Source of the DNA: Mantamonas sphyraenae STR306 | Taxonomy: Eukaryota; Protista; CRuMs | Assembly: GCA_026936335.1 (NCBI GenBank) | Contig: JAPMXV010000056.1 | Coordinates: 1-64,000 of the forward strand | Reading direction: 5' to 3' | DNA length: 64,000 nt | Shown here: in pieces, positions 1 to 11,100 of the stretch | How positions within the stretch are numbered: position 1 is the first letter of the stretch | How the letters are laid out: each line of letters begins with the position of its first letter | Position numbers and translations under genes: made by a program | The notes under the pieces: model-generated | Told to the model about the DNA's origin: nothing | The model's database searches: none | What the model saw: the letters and a program-made list of their open reading frames with translations, nothing else

Positions 1-180
1 CCTAACCCTAACCCTAACCCTAACCCTAACCCTAACCCTAACCCTAACCCTAACCCTAACCCTAACCCTAACCCTAACCCTAACCCTAACCCTAACCCTA
101 ACCCTAACCCTAACCCTAACCCTAGCCCTAACCCTAACCCATATCCTAGTCCTAACCCTAAATCCTAACCCTATCCCTAG
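1..180. repeat. Telomeric repeat array (CCCTAA)n, degenerate from about 121
   Basis: Perfect CCCTAA hexamers at 1-120, then variant units (CCCTAG, CCCATAT, TCCTAA, CCCTAT); this is the C-strand of a TTAGGG telomere. Confidence 0.99.
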
Positions 181-839
181 AAGTTGTTCGTCTATGTGTT
201 ATGTGATTTCCGGTCTATGTCAGGTGAGTTGTGCTTGTGTATGCTGGTGGTGTGGCTGAGTTGGGTGGTGACATGGGGCAGTGGGCAATGGGTGGGAGTA
301 GAAGTGTCGCTGGTGAGTGGCCGTCGTCCAGCAACGCCGCGCAGTCAGCACTGCCCATCCGCCTTCAACCAAAGTATCACCAACACCCACAACACCCTCC
401 ACCAGTCCAACACAATCCACATTCACTCCAGTACCGCCATCACCATCATGGACAACGACTACCCAAGTACTCCGAAGCAACAACACACACCCAACACCTA
501 CCCAGCGTGCGTTCTGCCTTCCACTCCGTTTTCTGACTGCCCGCTTCTCCAGCTTACTTGCCTCCTCCATGCCTCCGTCGCTTATCTACACTCCTCTCCT
601 GCATCTCCACTTTCCCATCACCACCGTTGCTGCCTTCTCCGCTCTTCTCCGATCCCCTCTCCCCTGTCACTGCCCTCTCCGTTGCCAGTTTCCCAGTCTG
701 CCAATCTCCTCCGCTTTCCCTCTTTGCTCGTTCCAGCCTCCCTTCACCCCGCTTCTGCTCTGACGGCGTCCATTCCGCCTTCCACTCACCGTTCCCACCC
801 CGCCCTGCCCCTCCCTTCCCCTCCCACAGCTACGCGTAC

Positions 840-3800
840 ATGGTCCCTCCCATGGCTGCCCAGTCGTTTCCGAACATGCTGCCCGCCTCTGGCGTACAAA
901 ACCCGTACCAGCCCCCACAACCACCCATCATCTGGGTCCCTGTCAACACCTACCCTCAGCAGCACTACACATATGCTCATCAGAGCCACCCATACTACGC
1001 CTACCCTCCTCCGCCGCCTCCTCAGCCGCGACAAACCGCCCAGATGCATTTCGCTCAGACTCCGTTGCACCCTCCGCCTGCTCAACCCAACACAAACCAC
1101 AACCGCGTCCCCAAACGCATCAGCCCTGCCTTCGTCGGCATCAACCGTACCACATCCACCACCACATCGTCGTCCTCCTCCCACCAGGCCACACGGCAGA
1201 CTGGAGACAGCGACGACGACGAGGCAAACCAGGACACACACACACATGACACTGGCGACGTGGACGACCTGATGTCCCTGAACTTTGGCCACCGTGAACC
1301 ACGGTCAATCTCCAGCAACTCAGGGTGGATGACCAGCTCAGGGATGGAGGCGTACGAAGAAGACGGCGAGGCAAACGACACAACCCAGCAGCAAGTGGAC
1401 GACGAGTTGGAAGTTCAGGGATCACTCAGCTCTGCAGAGACTGACGATGTCATGGATGAGGAGTACATGCCGCAAGAAGAGAGCGACGACGATACAGACG
1501 ACACGGAGCAGGAGGACATGGACGAATGGCAGCCGAGACGCTCAAGGAGAGGCCGCACGCGACGAGGAAACCACGCCACTCGACTCACTGGTTCACACTC
1601 GATGAAAGGCAGCGGACAGCGCAGGCTCAGGGTCAGGGCTGGCAGTGGCACAGAGACAGGAACGTCGAGCACACGAGCAAGGATGGCCAAGAACGGAGAC
1701 AGCGGCGCACGGAAGAAAGCAGGCGTGGACAAAGAGAGCAAGTTGCCAGATGGTGTTGTGCGCAAAGGGTGGTCAATGAGACCCAGTGACGTCCGCAGCC
1801 ACAGCAACAAGAAGGAGCACACGGCGCTGCTGAACCACATGCACACCCTGGCCAACGAGCATCCCGTCGACGACATTCCAGACCTCATGACCCTGCAGGC
1901 GCGTGTTGTGGTCTGCCATCGCACCACGACCACGCTGGTCCGACAGATTCAGCTCGCTCTGGGCAACATTCCCCTCTCCCAGGGTGACATGGGCCTCTGC
2001 CTCACCCTCCTCGGCCGTGAAGTTGATCAACACATGTGCATCCATGCCATCCGTGACGCCGGTCTGGCCATGGGTGTGACCAAGGCTGGGTTGAAGGTGT
2101 GCTGGCTGGAGGAGCCACACGACCACGGCGACCCCAACTACGCCCTCCTCCACCTGCTCGTGGCAGAGATGGACACCCTTGGCGACAGGCCCCATCCCAC
2201 CAGCTGGAAGGAGCACAATCAGACCCAGCTGTGGCTGCAGAAAGCACGACGCCCAGCTGACAACGACAGCGACCCACACTGGACACAATGCGACTACGAC
2301 CACCACCTCACCACCACCGAGGTGGACAAGTGGCATCCCAAGTCTGTGCGCAGTGGCTGGAGCTCATCCTCAGACGAGCGTGGCAGCTGCACGGCACGGG
2401 AGTTCCAGACGCTGCTGGCACACATGAAGACACGCGCAGCCAAGCACCATCGCCATCAGCACAAACACGAGAACCATGCACTGCGTGAGCTGATCAACAA
2501 CGGCAGCCTGCAGTCCCTGCTGCGTCACATCATCCTGGCGCTGGGCAACGTTGGCGTGCCGCCTGTCGACCTGGCCTTCTTTGTCCGCCTCCTCAGGCCA
2601 CACCTCACCTACAAGCAGGTTCGCGTTGCCATCAAGGACACCCTCACCTGCGGTGCCACCTCCCTCTCCCTCAAGATCGCCTGGCTCGATACTCCCCAAC
2701 CTAGCGACGCCACACTGCACACCCTCCTGCACACCCTCATCGACCGCATCACACCCCACATCGCCTCCCGTCCCACCACCACCGCACTCGTCAACGCTCT
2801 CCGCATTCCCGAGCTTGTCCTTCCTGAGCCAACAGAGGAGGAGAAGATGGCCATGGACGATGGACTGCCAGATGGTGTTGTGCGCAAGGGGTGGACAAAG
2901 GGACTCAGCGACGAGCGCATGCACAGCAACAAGAAGGAGCACACGGCACTGCTGAACCACATGCACGCCCTGGCCAACGAGCATCCCATCGACGACATCC
3001 CCGACCTCATGACACCGCAGGCGCGTGTTGTGGTCTGCCATGGCACCCTGAACACGCTGGTCCGACAGATTCAGCTCGCTCTGGGCAACATTCCCCTTTC
3101 CCAGGGCGACATGGCCCTCTGCCTCACCCTTCTCGGCCATGATGTGGATCAACGGGCGTGCAGCAATGCCATCAACCACGCTGGTCTGGCCATGGGTGTG
3201 ACAAAGGCTGGGTTGAAGGTGTGCTGGCTGGAGGGGCCACACGACCACGGCGACCCCAACTACGCCCTTCTCCACCTGCTCATGGCAGAGATGGACACGC
3301 TTGGCGACAGGCCCCATCCCATCACCTGGAAGGAGCACAAGCAGACCCAGCTGTGGCTGCAGAAAGCACGACGCCCTGCTGCCAACGACGGCGACCCACA
3401 CTGGACACAATGCGACTACGACCACCACCTCACCACCACCACGGTGGACAAGTGGCATCCTGAGTCTGTGTGCAGTGGCTGGAGCAGTGCCACCCCCAGC
3501 GACGAGCGTGGCAGCTGCACGGCGCGGGAGTTCCAGACGCTGCTGGCACACATGAAGACACGCGCAGCCAAGCACCATCGCCATCAGCACACACATGAGC
3601 ACCAGTCACTGCGTGAGTTGATCAACAACGGCAGCCTGAAGTCCCTGCTGCGACACATCATCCTGGCACTGGGCAACGTTGGCGTGCCGCCTGTCGACCT
3701 GGCCTTCTTTGTCCGCCTCTTCAGGCCTCACCTTACATACCGGAAGGTACAAGGTGCCATCAGCGTCACCCTCACTCGCGGCGTCACCTCCCTCTCCCTC

Positions 3801-4007
3801 AAGATCGCCTGGCTCGACAACCCCAAACCCAACGACGCCACACTGCACACCCTCCTCCACGCCCTCATCGACCGCATCACACCCCACATCACCACCCGCC
3901 CCAACACCTCCGCACTCGTGAACGCCTACCCCATCCCCTCTTTCACCCTCCCCAAGCGCAAAGACCCTTCCTCCTCCTCCTCCTCCAAACGTCAACGCCT
4001 CGAATGA
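840..4007 (+). CDS. Subtelomeric hypothetical protein with P/Q-rich, acidic and basic N-terminus and a tandemly duplicated ~374-aa region
   Basis: ORF 558..4007, first ATG at 840. LPDGVVRKGW block starts at 1743 and again at 2865. C-terminal basic NLS-like PKRK...KRQRLE. No family recognised. Confidence 0.8.
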   Translation: MVPPMAAQSFPNMLPASGVQNPYQPPQPPIIWVPVNTYPQQHYTYAHQSHPYYAYPPPPPPQPRQTAQMHFAQTPLHPPPAQPNTNHNRVPKRISPAFVGINRTTSTTTSSSSSHQATRQTGDSDDDEANQDTHTHDTGDVDDLMSLNFGHREPRSISSNSGWMTSSGMEAYEEDGEANDTTQQQVDDELEVQGSLSSAETDDVMDEEYMPQEESDDDTDDTEQEDMDEWQPRRSRRGRTRRGNHATRLTGSHSMKGSGQRRLRVRAGSGTETGTSSTRARMAKNGDSGARKKAGVDKESKLPDGVVRKGWSMRPSDVRSHSNKKEHTALLNHMHTLANEHPVDDIPDLMTLQARVVVCHRTTTTLVRQIQLALGNIPLSQGDMGLCLTLLGREVDQHMCIHAIRDAGLAMGVTKAGLKVCWLEEPHDHGDPNYALLHLLVAEMDTLGDRPHPTSWKEHNQTQLWLQKARRPADNDSDPHWTQCDYDHHLTTTEVDKWHPKSVRSGWSSSSDERGSCTAREFQTLLAHMKTRAAKHHRHQHKHENHALRELINNGSLQSLLRHIILALGNVGVPPVDLAFFVRLLRPHLTYKQVRVAIKDTLTCGATSLSLKIAWLDTPQPSDATLHTLLHTLIDRITPHIASRPTTTALVNALRIPELVLPEPTEEEKMAMDDGLPDGVVRKGWTKGLSDERMHSNKKEHTALLNHMHALANEHPIDDIPDLMTPQARVVVCHGTLNTLVRQIQLALGNIPLSQGDMALCLTLLGHDVDQRACSNAINHAGLAMGVTKAGLKVCWLEGPHDHGDPNYALLHLLMAEMDTLGDRPHPITWKEHKQTQLWLQKARRPAANDGDPHWTQCDYDHHLTTTTVDKWHPESVCSGWSSATPSDERGSCTAREFQTLLAHMKTRAAKHHRHQHTHEHQSLRELINNGSLKSLLRHIILALGNVGVPPVDLAFFVRLFRPHLTYRKVQGAISVTLTRGVTSLSLKIAWLDNPKPNDATLHTLLHALIDRITPHITTRPNTSALVNAYPIPSFTLPKRKDPSSSSSSKRQRLE
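1743..3950 (+). repeat. Intragenic tandem duplication, period 1122 nt
   Basis: Highly similar DNA copies beginning ttgccagatggtgttgtgcgcaa (1743) and ctgccagatggtgttgtgcgcaa (2865). Confidence 0.95.
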
Positions 4008-4572
4008 ACCACCCTCTCCATCAATCCATGAACATCCTCACTTTAAGAACCCCATAGCTGGGTTGAGCGACGCAAACGGAAGAAAGCGGCCAGGGTTGTT
4101 TGGAACTGAAACGACCTTGCTTTCCTCGGCGTCTGAGCGCGTCCGCTTCACAAAGATGCCTGTGGTGGCTGTGCCCGTGCCCTGTACTCCTCCTCGCCGC
4201 CCTCGCCTTTCCCCGTAGCCACTCCGGTTTGCGGCACTTCGCCCGTTTGTTTGTGGTTTCGTGTCTTTTTCTTGTCGCCCACAAACCGCTTGCCAGACGC
4301 GCTGCACACAAAATCCCCACACCCATGGGACCCAAAACCACTCTTCATAACACCATGACGCCCAGGCAACCGCCCTTCCAGCACCCTTCCCTCCAAAACG
4401 GCGTTTGGAGACGCCGGGCTCCAGACACCATTTTTCTTGTTTTTGGAGCCGAAGCGTCTCAAGGCGCCCATGCACACAAAATGATGGTACAACCACATTT
4501 TTTACTCTTTCATGGACCCAGGATGTGCAAAGCTCCAGGCCATGGATGCGTGATGTGTGCACAACTCCTTGC

Positions 4573-5019
4573 TTACTCCGAGTTGGAGGAGTTGCGTGGG
4601 ATCGTCTTCCACTCGCTCGGCTCGTTCACAAACATCGCAATCAAGTCAAACGAGCCCTCTTCGTTGGGGATTTCCAGCGTGTGGTGGTTGTCTGCCGGCA
4701 CGCGGATCATCACCCCTGGCGTCCAAATCATCTTGATCATCGTGTCGTCCAGGGCGCGGAAATGCACAAGGGCCTCTCCGTCCACAAGCAGACGCAAAGC
4801 ATCCTCTGGGTGCGAGTGTTCCGTAGACATTGCCGAGCGCTTCTGCGAGGGCGTGTCTTTGTCAAAGTGGATGGACACCTTGTGGACGTAGCCGTTTTCC
4901 TCGCCGTACTTGGTGATGGTGTCCTCGTTGGCCTCCTCCCACACGTCAATGCCTGTCATCTCGCTAAACTTCTCGGTGGTGATCTCCTCCTCCGTGTCGA
5001 CAATCGTGTACTTGACCAT
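4573..5019 (-). CDS. Acireductone dioxygenase (ARD/ADI1)-like cupin, divergent
   Basis: MVKYTIVD start; EHSHPEDALR and VPADNHHTL resemble the ARD motifs EHxHxDxEIR and PAGIYHRF; C-terminal W..xxR. Confidence 0.7.
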   Translation of the reverse strand: MVKYTIVDTEEEITTEKFSEMTGIDVWEEANEDTITKYGEENGYVHKVSIHFDKDTPSQKRSAMSTEHSHPEDALRLLVDGEALVHFRALDDTMIKMIWTPGVMIRVPADNHHTLEIPNEEGSFDLIAMFVNEPSEWKTIPRNSSNSE

Positions 5020-5102
5020 TTTTGGTTGTTTGTTGTTTGTTTCCTCTGCCCTGCCCGCGCACACTGCGCATCGTTCCAAACAGCTTCATGCATTCCCCCT
5101 CA

Positions 5103-8100
5103 TCACACCTCCTCCTCTCCATCATCGCCATGGTCCTGCGAGTCACTATCCATCAGGATCTCCTCCTCCACACTCGTGCTGCGGCTCCTCGCTCGTTTCT
5201 TCACCACGCCGACTCCTCCGGCCTCTGCCGCGCCAACGCCTCCCCCCGCCTTCGCCTCCGCCTTCCGCACTCCCGTTCTCCACGCCACTCGCCGATCCAC
5301 TCTTCCTCGAGAATCGCTTGCTGAAAAACCCGCTCCCGCGCTTGCTCGCCTCCACCGTGCCGCCCACGTTTGCCAAGCTGCCTGACGGCATCCCCGCATC
5401 CATGGCCGCATTCTTCACATTGTCTTTCACCACCTCATCCAGTTGAAACTCGTCAATCGTCCTCTTCAGCCCCTCCAATTGCCCTGCGCCCTTGCGCCCT
5501 GCCAACAGGCCCACCATGCCCAGCAGGCCCGCCAGAAACAGCCCGTTCAGCACCAGCACAATCACGCCACTCGCCACTTTCGACTCGGGATCGCTCGTGC
5601 TCACTGCCAGCATGCCTGTCTGCAGCGTGCCCAACCCCACCATCAGCGACAGGTTCTCCATCAGCGTCAGCACAAAGTACCGGTACGGCGACAGCCACTG
5701 TTGCACCACAAGCGACACAAGCATCACACTGCTTCCTGTGTACAGCTGCACCAGCGGCTTGTCCACAAACACCACGCTCACCGCCACCAGGGCGCTCTTG
5801 CGCGCAAGGATGACCCAGTCGTACCAGAACCGGTCCGGCAGGTACGACTCGTAGAAGAAGTGGTACCCGTCCCACGCCTGACGCGACGCCATCTCTCCCG
5901 CCTTGTACAGCTGCGTCAGACGTGCCAGCACCACCGCAGGCACGAGCAGGCATTCGCCCAATGCAACCGCTCCGACCACCACCTGCATGCCCACAAACTC
6001 CGGGTCGTCGCATCGCAGACGCGTGTCCTCCCGCAGCACGTTTGCACTTCCGTACTGCCTGCATCCGCTCAGCAGCTCCACGCTCGTGCGCAGCACAAGC
6101 AAGTGGATCAGAAACGCCATGATGCGCACCGTCGGCAGAGCTCGGCGCCGCAGGTCGTCCATCACGTCCTTGAATGTCTTTGCGCGTCGCTTGCGAATCA
6201 GCATGATGGCACGCACCACAAGCGCAAGTATCAGCGTCACCAGAGGCAGCGCCGCATACCCGAAAAACTTGCTGCTCAGCAACGGGTTGTCAAACGCGCA
6301 GTTCACAGGCGCCATCTCCACCGCCAGGTTTGCACTGTTTGCCAGCGAGTACATCTGCTGCGACTGGTCCGTCCAGTCCACGTCGATCACAGAAAACACA
6401 GAAATCGCTTGCATGTGGTTCAGCAGAATCTTGATCAGCAGCATCGCAGGCGTCGCCCAGAACGATCGCCGCACAATCTTTTCCTTGCTGTACGTAATCG
6501 TGCTGCTCTTCAGGTACGCCTGGATCATCCATGTCACCAGCGCCAAAAACACAACCGTGCCCACAACCAACAGACCAATGTCCACCGCCAGGTCGTTGCA
6601 CAGCACGCACTCGCTGTCGCTCCGCCCGTACCCGGTTTGGCACTGGCTGCACAGCGTGCCCTTGTACCCCTCACGGCACTGGCCGCCCGGCCCACATGCT
6701 TGTCGCACGGGGCACGCAAACGCCTGCGTTGCGTTCAGATCGTTCGGAAAGAAGCCCTCCTTGGCTTCGAATGTTTCCCCGTTGCACTGAAAGTTCTCCG
6801 GGCACGCCACGCATCGCCGCTCCGCTCCGCTCCCTGCCACATACTCGTCCGCATTGCATCTGCACGCGCTGAGCGACGTTTGCCCGCGCTTGTTCTCCGT
6901 GTTGCCCAGAGGGCAGGGCGTGCACGCCTCCGCAAGGCTCGCCTCCGCCTTGTACTCGTTCACTCCGCACACGTCGCACTGGCCTCCCACAAAACGGTAC
7001 CCCGGACGACACGCACACCCGTCGCCCGCCGTTCCAAGTCCACCCACAGCGACAAAGTTGGCTCCCTTCACCTCGAGGCACTTGCGCGTGACAGCACGCA
7101 GCGGCGCACGCAGCGTCACCTGTGTGCTGGTCAACACATTCTCGATCTGCACAACCACAGATCCGTTGTACTCGCGCTCAAACTGCACGTTTGGCCTCAC
7201 CGTGGTCACGTCCCGCTTCAACACCACCACGCACCGTGTGCCCTCGTTGTCACTCGCCTCCAATTTCATCACCGCAACCACCCCTTCCTCAAACTCCACC
7301 GTTCCGGTCACTGACAACGGCGCAGGAAGAAGCGCACATGCAAGCGGGTTCCCGCTCACATCCTGAAAGCTCACAGAGAGATCTGGAACAGCGTCCACCA
7401 CAATGCCCACAAACTCCCCTCGGTTCTCCAACACAACCGACGCTGCGCTCCCTGCCCCCACAGTCAACGTCGACACGTCAGGATCCGACAGCATCGCTCC
7501 TGTCACGTTGCTCAAGTGCACCTGCACCCTCATCTGCTTCGCTGCCGGACGCACCATCATCGCACGCGACAAATCCACCTCGCTCAGCGCCGTCGTGCCA
7601 GTCCCAAAGTCCGCCCCTTCCATGAGCACCCCTTCTCCGTCGCTCGTGTTCACTGCCACGCGCACTCGCATCGACGCCGTAAACTCGGAAGACGCACGCC
7701 CGCCGCTCGCATCCAGAATCTCCAGCTTGCACGGCACAGGCACGCGGCTCGCACTCGCCACGCTCGATGCGCACGTCACACGCGACTGCACTCCCTGTCC
7801 GGCCACAACACGCACACGGATGTTAAACGGCGCCAGCGAACTTGCAGCTCGTGTGTAAACCTGCACGCACGACACTCCGCGCGGCGGGTTCGCAAGCACC
7901 ACGCCGTCCACCCACACAAAGCTTCCAAATGTCCACTCGCTCACACCCACACGCGGACCGTTGTTGCACTCGCGCACACGCAGCGTGCGCGCATTCTCGG
8001 CCCCGCTCGGATCGGTCGCTTCCGGCGCTCCCGTCGTGTTGCCTCCAGACGCATCCAACGCCTGAAGGTACACAGGCGGCACAGCAACAGACACTGCACT

Positions 8101-11100
8101 CGGCACCGTCGGATCGCTTGTCCCGTTGATCACGCGAAAGCTCGTCGCAGGCCCAGGATACACCTGCATCGTCAGCGTGCCACGAATGTTCGCGTTGGAC
8201 GTCAGCGACACAGACACCGTGTGCGCCCCGTGCGCCACCGTCGTCTCCATGCGGATTTCACCCGCGCTCTGTGCGCTTGTCCCTTCCGCGTTGCCAGCAA
8301 ATGTAGTCTGCTGCTCAGGACGATCTTCAACCTGCACCGTCACATTCACCGCACTGCCCACGCTCACCACGTTGCCCAGCCTGTCCACAGCCTGCAATCG
8401 CATCGCAGGCACGCGCAGAGGGAACGTCACGTTTGTGTTTGCCGTGCCCACCCACGCAAGCTGTAGCGCGCTCATCGTGCCCGCAACAACGTTCAACCCC
8501 ACCAGGCCCTGCCCTTGCACACCTTCCACAACGACTCGCAACTGCGTGATACCCACAGCAGGTGCGCGCAACACCAGTTGGTCCAGCGTCGCACGCCCAC
8601 CCTGCACCGTGCTTGCCTGTGCCGTCTCTCCGCTCGACGCAAGCACGGCCGTGATGTTTCGCCCGCCCGCCGCCGTGTCGTACGTTCCCACCTCGTTGTC
8701 TCCGCTGTCACGCAGCACTGTGCGCAGCCGAAATCGGTTTGCAAGCGCCACAACCACATCCGTCGCCACCGTGTAGTTGCCCACCGCCTGCCACGTCTGC
8801 CCGCCATTGCTCGACGTCTCTGCAATCACCTCCACGCGCACAGGTGTCCCCGGCAACACATTCACCTCCATCGCCTGCGCCTCCACGGGCGTGCTCATGT
8901 TCACCTGCCACGCAGTGTCCAGTGCCACGCTCAACGCAAGCTTGCTCACGCGCAGTCCGTTGTCCACCTGCAGACCCTCAAACACAGCCGCACCGCTCGC
9001 GTTTGACGCACGCACCCACGTGCGCCCTCCCTCTCGCAGCACCACATCCACCTGGTTGGCCGACAGTGCGTCTCCGCGTACGTTCACAACCTGTGCCACC
9101 ACACACGGCAGCACGTTCGTCGCCTCGCTGCGCATCGTCGTCGCGTTGCGTGATCCCGTCGCACAGAAGCTCACGCGCACGTCAAACGGCCGCTGCATGC
9201 CCACCCCACGCACTTGCGCTTCCACAAGCCAGAATCCAGTCACGTCCTCTGCGTTGCTCGACCCCAGCGTCGTCGTTTGGTTCGCCGCAAACACGCGCAT
9301 CTTGCTTGTCACCACAGCTTCAAACGTGTCCACGCACACAGAGTATCGGTTCTTGTCTCCGCTGATCGTCGTGCACAGCCGTCGTGACGTCACCTGTGTC
9401 CACTGGCTCCCCGTCCACCGCTCAATTGCATACTGGCTCGGCGAAAACTCGCACGGGCTGCGCCACGACACAAGCACCTGCGTCGCGTACACGCCCCCAC
9501 TGCTCCCGCTTTCCAGCTCCACAAACGCATCGTATCCACTCAGCAACCGCACTCCGCAGTCGCTCTCCGCACCTCGTGCCGAGCAGCACAAATCTCCATC
9601 CAGCAAGTCTGCCGTCCCGTTCTGTCCGTACGTCACCCACGGGCTGTACACAGGCACGCTCGACGTCACCCTCTCCATTTCGTTCGGCAAGTAGTACTTC
9701 TGGTTGCGCTCTTCCCGCAGCTGCTTCGACACAGTCAGCTCCAGCCGGTCCACACATGCAGGCGACCGGTTGTTCACCACCAGGAGCGTCGGCGTCGTGA
9801 ATTGGTACTTGCGCACCCCTCCATCCAGGCTCAAACTCAGCTGCGCCGATCCAACCTGTGGCAGCCGCCCGTGATCACACACAAGCTCCGTTTCGTTCAG
9901 CGTGCAGGACGTCAGCCGGAACGACACTCCCGACGCAAGAAACACAAGCTCCACCACATGCTGCGATCCACTGAACCACAGCCGCTCGCCAGTCACAGTG
10001 AACCTCCCTCCGTTTTGTGTCAGCGACGTCGGCTCGATGCCGCTCAACGTGGGCGCTTCGTACATCCGCACCTGCAGTGTGTTCGCAAGCTGCACGCAGA
10101 TCCCAAAGCTCTCCACGCGTACGCTCACATTCACCGGCGACGCAAGCGCTCCCGCGTTGCCCCACACCGGATTGGCCACTCCCAGGCGCCCGCCGTCCAC
10201 AAACCGGAAGCTCGTGCACCTGCTGATGGGCGCACCGAAGCACACGCGGTCCCGCGTCGTGTTCAGGCACACCAGGTTCATCCCAGGCAGCACAATCTCC
10301 GTCGTGCTGTTTGTTTGCACCAACGGATTCTCCACCCCATCCATCACATACTCAGGCCTACGCATCTCCACTCCCAGCGTCTCGTTCAGCGCCTCTTGGT
10401 TCACATACACTGCCACCGTGTAGTTGCCAATGTACACCAGGCCAAGCTCGCACGTGTACGCTCCCGCGCCCGTACGGTATGCAATCACACGCCTGTTCAG
10501 TCCCACCAGCTCGCACTCCACAAGCTCTGGTTTCGGAGTCTCGGCCACATTGCTCCCGCTCCCGTCCGCGTACGCCGTCGTCACGTTCACAAACACCCCA
10601 CCGAACCCGGGATACGCAGATGCGATCGACACAGGCCCCACCGCGCTGCTCTTGCTCGCCGTCGAGTTGCGTCGGTTGCACGTCTCCGCGTCCAGCTGCG
10701 AAAACCGCTGCGGAAACCCTTCAAACGTGCAGTTCACACACACCACGTCCAGACCGTTCCTTGGCACACGCACTTGCACGTCTCCAGGCTCACACACAAC
10801 ACGCATGCTGTGCACGTACGACACGGCCACGCTCTCAAGCCCCGCCGGCATGCTTGTGTTCCATCGCCCGTCCGAGAACCCGACCATCACTCCCACTCCG
10901 TCCGACCGCACAACCATCGCGTCCAACGCGTCTCCACCCGTCGACCCAAACTCCTTGCTCCACTCCACGCTTCCGTTCTGCGAATACATGCCCAGCACCA
11001 TCGTGTCCAAATTGTTCCCGGACCCACTCCGAGCCGTGTGTCCTGCAACGTACAAACGCGTCTCGTCCGGCGACAGCGCCAGGCCAAACGCAATGTCCAG

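Noticed and set aside
558-4007. Telomere-specific retrotransposon or Y'-like helicase
   Set aside because: No RT, endonuclease, gag knuckle or helicase motifs; no poly(A) tail or LTRs.
4021-4570. Telomerase RNA, SRP, RNase P/MRP or TPP riboswitch
   Set aside because: No extended CUAACCCU template or conserved signature motifs could be identified; kept only as an unassigned structured region.
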